Shown: piece by piece, positions 1-4,603 of the stretch
How the letters are laid out: every line of letters begins with the position of its first letter
Numbering within the stretch: position 1 is the stretch's first letter
DNA from: a virus
DNA: 6,553 nt
IMG/VR virus record: IMGVR_UViG_3300009652_000304
Reading direction: 5' to 3' (one strand)
The notes under the pieces: generated by a model
The model's database searches: none
Told to the model about the DNA's origin: nothing
The model's input: only the letters and a program-made list of their open reading frames with translations
Translations under genes and position numbers: made by a program

Positions 1-123
1 TCACCGGTATCTTTATCCACGTACCAATCCCAATCATCCTCACCTTCCTGTATTGTCGTTTCATCATCAATAGATTGGTTATCTGTCTCATTCATCCATC
101 TTTCCAGATCGTCAATCCATGAA
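1..123. repeat. Terminal overlap copy 1, identical to 6431-6553. This is a circularisation signature.
   Basis: Base-by-base comparison shows that tcaccggtatctttatccac...gtcaatccatgaa is identical at both window ends (123/123). Confidence 0.95.
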
Positions 124-998
124 TCAGGCCAGTCTATTTCAGGCACTGGGGGACAGGGGACTTTTACTTCCTGTTCCGGCGATAAAGCGGTGCCAAAGCC
201 CGCAGCATCTCCAACATAATTAAAATAAATTGTTTGACCTATTATACTACCCAACTCCCTAAAATCAATATTAGTGGTTTTTTCAGCAGTTACTATTTCA
301 CCATAATTCATCATTGTCTGATAAACCAAAGTAATAAAATTAGCACCAACATCAGTTATATTTGGTGGTGGACAGCTACTCGATGCACTATATAATGTCA
401 CTATATTTAAGTACCTATGCCAATAATGCGACTGTCCCCATGCACGAGTATTTCCTTCATAAATTAAATCAAAGTAATGTACATATCTAGGGATTGAAAC
501 CCCATTAACATTATAATATCCATCATGGACAATATCACGACATAACAGAACGGAACCATTACTAAGAGTTGCAACAATTTCTGCATCATTAATCACAACC
601 TGTATATTATCCGGATAAGTAATATTGCTAGGAATATCCACAGAACCATTAGCTACATAATTTTCACCAGAAACAAAATTATTCGCTAAATAATCTAAAA
701 TACTTTGAATAGTATTTGCATTAATAATAATTTTGCCAGTAATAACACCATATTGAACTGCCTTTCTCCATTGCTCACGATTATACGCTTGCTGTTTATT
801 CCAATAATCCTGAACAGCATATTGTAACGCCTCAGAGTCTGCAGCATATAATCCACAGGCAGTTAGACCGCCAGCAATTGCGTAATAAACACCCGGACCC
901 ATTAATACTGCAGCCGGATTTGCTTGCACTGGTTTAATGAAACTTAAAATATTAATTAACATTAATCCAATTATTAATATTGCAAACTTCTTTCGCAT
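1..998 (-). CDS. N-terminal part of a 554-aa putative adsorption / minor coat protein (gIII analogue). It continues across the circle junction into 6430..5764.
   Basis: The ATG is at 998-996, preceded by GAGAGGA about 10 nt upstream. I checked every in-frame triplet from 998 down to 3 and found no stop. The frame (998 mod 3 = 2) matches position 95, which is equivalent to the track Met at 6525. The N-terminus MRKKFAILIIGLMLINILSFIKPVQA/NPAAV looks like a Sec signal peptide. The gene sits directly after the coat gene and terminator, as gIII does in Ff. It is missing from the ORF track because it runs off the window edge. Confidence 0.8.
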   Translation of the reverse strand, partial: MRKKFAILIIGLMLINILSFIKPVQANPAAVLMGPGVYYAIAGGLTACGLYAADSEALQYAVQDYWNKQQAYNREQWRKAVQYGVITGKIIINANTIQSILDYLANNFVSGENYVANGSVDIPSNITYPDNIQVVINDAEIVATLSNGSVLLCRDIVHDGYYNVNGVSIPRYVHYFDLIYEGNTRAWGQSHYWHRYLNIVTLYSASSSCPPPNITDVGANFITLVYQTMMNYGEIVTAEKTTNIDFRELGSIIGQTIYFNYVGDAAGFGTALSPEQEVKVPCPPVPEIDWPDSWIDDLERWMNETDNQSIDDETTIQEGEDDWDWYVDKDTG

Positions 999-1072
999 AT
1001 TTTTTATATCCTCTCTTTTTACTCTTTTAGCGGCTTAATTTTGTTTAAGCAGCTAAAACAATAAAAATAGTT

Positions 1073-1103
1073 AGCCAGTCTGAAAATATATTTCAGACCG
1101 GCT
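1073..1103 (-). terminator. Intrinsic-terminator-like hairpin immediately downstream of the major coat gene.
   Basis: On the - strand, AGCCGGUCUGAAA / UUUCAGACUGGCU forms a 13-bp stem with one G-U pair and a 5-nt loop. It is followed by AACUAUUUUUAUUG. It begins 8 nt after the coat stop codon. Ff phages have a terminator at the same place, after gVIII. Confidence 0.65.
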
Positions 1104-1110
1104 TTTGCTT

Positions 1111-1275
1111 TTAACCTTTTGCAAGACTAGCAAACAGTCTTTTACCATAACGCCAAGCCAGGAAAATTGCCAATATTCCCAGTCCGTATGGAGCAACAGC
1201 CCCTAAAGTTGCAACAATATCACCCGAAATACTCTGTAATGCAGTTTGTACTGCTGTATTGACAGTTCCTTCCAT
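1111..1275 (-). CDS. Major coat protein (gVIII analogue), 54 aa, Pf3-like and without a cleavable leader.
   Basis: Hand translation gives MEGTVNTAVQTALQSISGDIVATLGAVAPYGLGILAIFLAWRYGKRLFASLAKG. It has a polar or acidic N-terminus, one hydrophobic helix and a basic C-terminus (R,K,R,K) suited to DNA contact. The RBS GGGGGTGA lies about 5 nt upstream of the ATG. The gene occupies the gVIII position and is followed by a terminator. Its architecture resembles my recollection of the Pf3 coat protein (MQSVITDVTGQLTAVQADITTIGGAIIVLAAVVLGIRWIKAQFF). Confidence 0.75.
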   Translation of the reverse strand: MEGTVNTAVQTALQSISGDIVATLGAVAPYGLGILAIFLAWRYGKRLFASLAKG

Positions 1276-1280
1276 CTTTT

Positions 1281-1442
1281 TCACCCCCTTGCAACTGTAG
1301 TGAATATTTTAACGACTGCCAAAATCATAAAGCCCATTAAAGCACATGACCCGACAATCAATATTCCCATAAATATAGCCTGCTGCCATATATCTATATT
1401 TAGTGTTATTAATTCGGCATAATTTTCAAAATCCATATACAT
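1281..1442 (-). CDS. Small single-TM protein, 53 aa (gVII/gIX-like minor virion protein by position).
   Basis: The sequence is MYMDFENYAELITLNIDIWQQAIFMGILIVGSCALMGFMILAVVKIFTTVARG. The ATG at 1442 lies 1 nt after the stop of the preceding small ORF, giving TAA-A-ATG coupling. The track's 89-aa version begins at a TTG (1550) with no SD, and its first 36 residues overlap the better-supported 57-aa ORF out of frame. Confidence 0.55.
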   Translation of the reverse strand: MYMDFENYAELITLNIDIWQQAIFMGILIVGSCALMGFMILAVVKIFTTVARG

Positions 1443-1443
1443 T

Positions 1444-1617
1444 TTATAAAATCCTTTTCCAAAAAATAAAAAATGATATAGCACACAATGCACCAAACAA
1501 CATAAATAAGACATATAGTAATGCCTGATTGATATATTGCATTTTTTCAACCAGTATTAATAAATCTGTAACATTTTCAATTAATGATGTTACCTGTTCA
1601 GCACTCCAAGCCTCCAT
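1444..1617 (-). CDS. Small single-TM protein, 57 aa (gVII/gIX-like by position).
   Basis: Hand translation gives MEAWSAEQVTSLIENVTDLLILVEKMQYINQALLYVLFMLFGALCAISFFIFWKRIL. An AGGAGA RBS lies 6 nt upstream of the ATG at 1617, which is 10 nt after the stop of the upstream gene. There are no in-frame stops between 1617 and the TAA at 1446-1444. It is too short for the ORF track. Confidence 0.6.
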   Translation of the reverse strand: MEAWSAEQVTSLIENVTDLLILVEKMQYINQALLYVLFMLFGALCAISFFIFWKRIL

Positions 1618-1627
1618 GTTTAATCTC

Positions 1628-2029
1628 CTATAACTCTATTGCTGGTGTTGTACGACTTGATCCCGTTACCAAATCCTTGACCAAATAAATGCTATCAAGA
1701 TACAGATCAATACTATTATACTTTCCACCCTGAACACCCTTCCGGATACGAGCCGAAGGCCTTACAACACAGAGAACCTCTTGATTTTTCATTGATTTTA
1801 TAACTGGTGCCATAGTTTGTACGTCAGCAGATGGTACAATAATTGAATAAGAGTTAAATTGAGTTTTATATTTACTTTGTGCATCTTCTTTTACAACTTT
1901 TAATTCGAAAATAATATAATAACCGCTATTATCTTGTTTTTCTCTCGGCTCAGGCCTTAACAACTGACCTTTAATAATTACTAAATCCTCTTGATCACCT
2001 AACACTTCTAAATAATCGTTCATATTCAT
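1628..2029 (-). CDS. Putative ssDNA-binding protein (gV analogue by position), 133 aa.
   Basis: This is a track ORF with a GGAGG RBS 8 nt upstream of the ATG at 2029. It lies directly downstream of the replication gene, where filamentous phages encode their ssDNA-binding protein. I recognise no sequence motif, so the function is inferred from synteny only. Confidence 0.55.
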   Translation of the reverse strand: MNMNDYLEVLGDQEDLVIIKGQLLRPEPREKQDNSGYYIIFELKVVKEDAQSKYKTQFNSYSIIVPSADVQTMAPVIKSMKNQEVLCVVRPSARIRKGVQGGKYNSIDLYLDSIYLVKDLVTGSSRTTPAIEL

Positions 2030-2117
2030 TTAACATACCTCCAATATATTTATATAAATATACTTCTAAAAATATTTTTATAATCCTCTTTTTCGATAAT
2101 AAATTTTTTTAATACCT

Positions 2118-3239
2118 TTATGCAGTTATTTCTAATTGTTTTATTGCTTGTTGAATGTCTGTAAATATTCCTCTTATCTCATATTTTGATCCCGGCAGCG
2201 GTATAAATTCTTTAACTATAGCTTGTACGTATTTTTCCTCAGTAAAAACTAAACCACCTTTTGTACTTATACCCGCCGAAGAAAAATCTTTCATATATCT
2301 ATACCAAGTTGCTTTTGATACCTCAGCCTTAACAGTTTTTTCAGAATCAACTTGTATCCTCGTCCAAACCGAAAACAAATTACTTGCTTTTCTCCGAGAA
2401 TAAACTTCATTTAATCTTTTCTTTACATCTTCAACACTTCTTACTACCTTCATTTCATAAACACCCTCTTTAAATATTTTCGTTATTTCATTTTCATAAA
2501 CATGTATAAAATAATCATCATCTAAATCAATACAAATATTTGATACTCCATCATATTTCATTTTACGTTTTTTTACCTCGACTTCAAATCTAACAATTCT
2601 CAATGCTATATCTTTAAGTAAGTTTAAATTTTCTACCGTAAATCTTTTATCATCTTTCAATTTTCTAAGCCGGGGCATATCATGAACCTTAAACTCCGTA
2701 CCTTTATTATATGCCTTTACAGTTGTACTAGCACCTTTGATATAAATAGAATTTAACCCATAATTCATAACCTCCCTCCTCGGATAGTTAATTCCCCTCA
2801 AACTTTTAAAAAATTCGTCACATTCTAACTTTGAACCTAATCCAAATACATACGCTACATCAGCCCTCATTAATTCCCATTCCGACCAGTTAGGTAATTT
2901 TACACCTAAACGATAATTTACTAAAGATACTAGGTATCTGCAACAATCCTTTATATTTTCAGGCCCTCCAAAAACATTATGGCCTAATATAAACTTATGT
3001 ATAGATCCTGATAACGTTATTCTATTATCAGTATTAAATCTTATAGATAATCTATTATCATAAGAACCCGATAATTCCTGAGTAGTTATCTGCCATAGAA
3101 CTTCTCCCGTCTCACAATCTATTTGCTCAGTTCGTTTACTTAAATTTAACAAATTTATATATTCATTGTATGGTATCTGTGGACTTCTAATCGATAATGT
3201 ATCGTATATTTTAATCGACCCCTCTATACCTATTCTCAA
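2118..3239 (-). CDS. Rolling-circle replication initiation protein, Ff gpII family, 373 aa.
   Basis: Co-linear motif matches to M13 gpII, as I recall its sequence: YDTLSIRSP ~ IDMLVLRLP; ILGHNVFG ~ LQGHNVFG; MRADVAYVF ~ SRIDATFSA; IVRFEVEVKKR ~ LVRFEARIKTR; TWYRYMKDFSSAGI ~ SFWRYVSALVECGI. The start is TTG at 3239. An in-frame stop at 3263-3261 leaves no upstream ATG, and GAAGG lies about 8 nt upstream. Confidence 0.85.
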   Translation of the reverse strand: MRIGIEGSIKIYDTLSIRSPQIPYNEYINLLNLSKRTEQIDCETGEVLWQITTQELSGSYDNRLSIRFNTDNRITLSGSIHKFILGHNVFGGPENIKDCCRYLVSLVNYRLGVKLPNWSEWELMRADVAYVFGLGSKLECDEFFKSLRGINYPRREVMNYGLNSIYIKGASTTVKAYNKGTEFKVHDMPRLRKLKDDKRFTVENLNLLKDIALRIVRFEVEVKKRKMKYDGVSNICIDLDDDYFIHVYENEITKIFKEGVYEMKVVRSVEDVKKRLNEVYSRRKASNLFSVWTRIQVDSEKTVKAEVSKATWYRYMKDFSSAGISTKGGLVFTEEKYVQAIVKEFIPLPGSKYEIRGIFTDIQQAIKQLEITA

Positions 3240-3255
3240 ACTTGAGACCTTCGTC
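3239..3255. repeat. Copy 1 of an exact 17-bp direct repeat, aacttgagaccttcgtc. It abuts the rep start codon.
   Basis: It is identical to 3306-3322, with a 67-bp offset. On the - strand it reads GACGAAGGTCTCAAGTT, which includes the rep SD-like GAAGG. Confidence 0.9.
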
Positions 3256-3277
3256 GTGTGTTACTATATACGACGAA
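3250..3277 (-). promoter_or_regulatory. Stem-loop in the rep leader or candidate origin: an 8-bp stem with a 12-nt AT-rich loop.
   Basis: ttcgtcgt (3250-3257) pairs perfectly with acgacgaa (3270-3277), and the loop is gtgttactatat. One arm lies inside repeat copy 1 and next to the SD of rep. The palindrome tctcaa-ac-ttgaga (3234-3247) follows on the - strand. Confidence 0.5.
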
Positions 3278-3305
3278 ACCGGCACTCATGCAAAATTACA
3301 TTTAT

Positions 3306-3322
3306 AACTTGAGACCTTCGTC
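3306..3322. repeat. Copy 2 of the exact 17-bp direct repeat, aacttgagaccttcgtc.
   Basis: 17/17 identity with 3239-3255. It lies in the non-coding region upstream of rep. Confidence 0.9.
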
Positions 3323-3353
3323 TCCCAAATTTTGGAAATACCACTGTATAACT

Positions 3354-3554
3354 TTATAAATTTATTTTTTTTGGCGTTCCCCTACGGGTCAGGCTTTCCG
3401 TTCCAATTCTCGGTAATACTAGCATTGATTTTATCTCGATATTTTTTGTCATAAATGCCTGCAAAATATCGGTAAAATCTAATGCTATTATCACCGGAAT
3501 TTCCTCTCCAATCCTTAACGCACACTTAAAGATACATAATTTTAAAGATTTCAT
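3354..3554 (-). CDS. Hypothetical 66-aa ORF. Coding status is doubtful.
   Basis: This track ORF is on the same strand as all the genes. However, I see no SD-like sequence upstream of the ATG at 3554 (ACTGGTATAAAGAAT-ATG) and no recognisable motif. It lies in the region expected to be the large intergenic/origin region. Confidence 0.3.
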   Translation of the reverse strand: MKSLKLCIFKCALRIGEEIPVIIALDFTDILQAFMTKNIEIKSMLVLPRIGTESLTRRGTPKKINL

Positions 3555-3660
3555 ATTCTTTATACCAGTAATCTAATTCCAAATCGTTTTTAATTGTGAT
3601 ACCTTGCAACCATAACCAGATATAAAATTCCAAACACAACAACCCCTTTTTTTTTTCAAC

Positions 3661-3688
3661 CCCTCCCCCAAATAAATTTGAGGGAGGG
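3661..3688. other. GC-rich stem-loop in the large intergenic region, preceded by a C4T10 tract.
   Basis: ccctccc (3661-3667) pairs with gggaggg (3682-3688). After one mismatch, caaa (3669-3672) pairs with tttg (3677-3680), closing a 4-nt loop. A T10 run lies at 3647-3656. Confidence 0.6.
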
Positions 3689-3750
3689 CTACGCCCATTT
3701 TAAAATTACTGATAAACCGTCAGTAAAGCAGTAAAGCCTTACGGCCAGCC

Positions 3751-3798
3751 AAAAATAATTTTTTTAACGCCGGTTTGACCGGCTAAAAATTTTTTTTG
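3751..3798. terminator. Short GC stem-loop flanked symmetrically by A/T runs. It is a possible bidirectional terminator after the 112-aa gene.
   Basis: gccgg (3769-3773) pairs with ccggc (3779-3783) around the loop tttga. One side carries aaaaataattttttt (3751-3765) and the other carries aaaaa plus T8 (3785-3797). The structure sits 31-78 nt downstream of the stop at 3829. The stem is only 5 bp, and A residues separate it from the U run, so the terminator call is weak. Confidence 0.35.
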
Positions 3799-3804
3799 TC
3801 TGCT

Positions 3805-3821
3805 GCTTGACTGACTGACTG
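3805..3821. repeat. TGAC-rich 17-nt element copy A (gcttgactgactgactg), just downstream of the 112-aa ORF stop.
   Basis: 15/17 identity with 4247-4263 (gcttgactaactgactа -> gcttgactaactgacta). Both copies lie within 25 nt of the 3' end of an accessory ORF. Confidence 0.7.
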
Positions 3822-3828
3822 TGTGACA

Positions 3829-4167
3829 CTAATTGTCCAATATGCTCAACTGAGTCATATCTAAACCTTTGGGGTATTGCTTTCTGCAAAAATCATTTTT
3901 TAACTGCCCATGAAACTCCGTGCTCATACTGTTAGAGGTTAAAAGCTTTTTACTATATTTTAAGCAATTATCCCCTACGCAATAAGGACACCAGTTATCG
4001 AAGCTTGGGTTGCAAAATCTGCCTGATGGAATATTTGTTTTTACAAGTGGATCTTTTCCGTACCAATTTACTTCTTTCCATTCTTTCCATTCCTGTTGTT
4101 CTAATAAAACCAATACAGCCTTTGTTATTTCTTGGTCAGATTTATACGAAAAAGCCAATCCCTTCAT
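3829..4167 (-). CDS. Hypothetical Cys-rich protein, 112 aa, with a C-x7-C-P-Y-C-x4-C cluster.
   Basis: This is a track ORF with a GGAGA RBS about 8 nt upstream of the ATG at 4167. Cys52, Cys60, Cys63 and Cys68 form FCNPSFDNWCPYCVGDNC. I recognise no family. Confidence 0.7.
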   Translation of the reverse strand: MKGLAFSYKSDQEITKAVLVLLEQQEWKEWKEVNWYGKDPLVKTNIPSGRFCNPSFDNWCPYCVGDNCLKYSKKLLTSNSMSTEFHGQLKNDFCRKQYPKGLDMTQLSILDN

Positions 4168-4211
4168 TTTTTATTCTCCTCTCTGTGTCACATTTTAAAC
4201 AGACTGCGCCC

Positions 4212-4236
4212 AACTCTCCGGTAATTCCGGAGAGTT
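4212..4236. other. Perfect 10-bp stem-loop between the 64-aa and 112-aa genes.
   Basis: aactctccgg (4212-4221) pairs with ccggagagtt (4227-4236) around the loop taatt. No U-tract follows on the - strand transcript (GGGCGCAGUCUG), so it is not a canonical terminator. Confidence 0.6.
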
Positions 4237-4246
4237 CACTTTATAT

Positions 4247-4263
4247 GCTTGACTAACTGACTA
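4247..4263. repeat. TGAC-rich 17-nt element copy B (gcttgactaactgacta), just downstream of the 64-aa ORF stop.
   Basis: 15/17 identity with 3805-3821. It ends 4 nt from the stop codon at 4267-4269. Confidence 0.7.
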
Positions 4264-4266
4264 ATG

Positions 4267-4461
4267 TTATTTATGGTCTCCAAAATCAACAACCAGTTGT
4301 AGTCTATATATTATCGCGCCAAGTTCATTTGACATTTTATTAGGTAAATAATCATAAAGTTCATCAAACACTTCTGGTTTGACATCAGCAATCAGTCGTA
4401 TCATGTCAATTAATTGTGATTCACTTTTAGTTACCCTTTTCGCTATATTTTTTTTACTCAT
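4267..4461 (-). CDS. Hypothetical 64-aa protein, the first gene of the accessory module.
   Basis: This is a track ORF with a GAGGAGG RBS about 9 nt upstream of the ATG at 4461. A near-consensus promoter lies directly upstream. I recognise no motif. Confidence 0.7.
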   Translation of the reverse strand: MSKKNIAKRVTKSESQLIDMIRLIADVKPEVFDELYDYLPNKMSNELGAIIYRLQLVVDFGDHK

Positions 4462-4490
4462 AATACCAACCTCCTCTATATGATAATACT

Positions 4491-4519
4491 ATTATATCAT
4501 ATTGTTACAGTTGTTACAA
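4491..4519 (-). promoter_or_regulatory. Sigma70/SigA-type promoter for the 64-aa/112-aa module, with an extended -10 and an overlapping direct repeat.
   Basis: On the - strand it reads TTGTAA (4519-4514), a 17-nt spacer, then TGATATAAT. The -10 TATAAT is at 4496-4491 and is preceded by the TGn extended motif. The + strand octamer ttgttaca occurs twice (4503-4510 and 4512-4519) and covers the -35 and the spacer. An imperfect AT palindrome (4478-4502) covers the -10 and the expected start site. Confidence 0.6.
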
Positions 4520-4603
4520 TAGTTATTTATATTTATTTTGTTAATTTTGTATTAAGATTTACTTTATCTGATACATTGATAAAACGATATTAATAATTAA
4601 TAA

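Noticed and set aside
1-123. Reading the identical 123-bp ends as biological terminal repeats (a DTR of a linear phage, LTRs, or IS ends).
   Set aside because: The copies are direct and exact, and a single ORF reads through them in frame. The gene content is that of a phage family with circular ssDNA genomes. An assembler overlap from a circular molecule is the simplest explanation. Only read-level data could fully exclude a real terminal redundancy.
1029-1054. Second stem-loop (agcggcttaa / ttaagcagct) between the coat terminator and the gIII-like start, considered as a terminator or riboswitch-like element.
   Set aside because: The stem has 9 bp with an internal mismatch and no U-tract, and the leader is too short for a riboswitch. 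It may modulate translation of the gIII-like gene, but I cannot support a specific call.
1443-1550. N-terminal extension of the small ORF to 89 aa (track call 1281..1550).
   Set aside because: The extension starts at a TTG with no SD. It overlaps, out of frame, the 57-aa ORF that has an AGGAGA RBS and a clean TM helix. Its sequence (MKKCNISIRHYYMSYLCCLVHC...) looks like an off-frame read of that TM segment. The ATG at 1442 is coupled to the upstream stop and is the better start.
2155-2403. 82-aa + strand ORF inside the rep gene.
   Set aside because: It is an antisense shadow of the gpII-family gene, which has clear motif support. I see no SD or promoter and recognise no motifs.
3578-3701. 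41-codon - strand ORF in the intergenic region, starting at the ATG in aaaATGggcgtagcc (roughly 3701 down to 3578).
   Set aside because: It has no SD upstream. It runs straight through the GC hairpin and the A10 tract (giving GEGLKKKRGCC). Its length is compatible with chance, so I treat the region as non-coding.
3805-3830. TGACTGACTGA three-frame stop pattern as a sign of an engineered cassette.
   Set aside because: The pattern resembles synthetic three-frame stop linkers. However, nothing else in the circle looks like vector sequence: there are no resistance marker, plasmid ori or multiple-cloning-site motifs that I can recognise. The second copy is degenerate, which fits natural divergence better.
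3807-3835. + strand promoter from the TTGACT hexamer at 3807-3812.
   Set aside because: With 16-18 nt spacers the candidate -10 hexamers (ctaatt, taattg, aattgt) match TATAAT at only about 2 of 6 positions, and there is no downstream + strand gene.
4005-4256. 83-aa and 62-aa + strand ORFs (4005..4256 and 4010..4198) opposite the 112-aa gene.
   Set aside because: They overlap each other and the better-supported - strand ORF, which has a good RBS. Their sequences are low-complexity and hydrophobic-looking, as expected for antisense reading of AT-rich DNA. They also run through the 4212-4236 hairpin.
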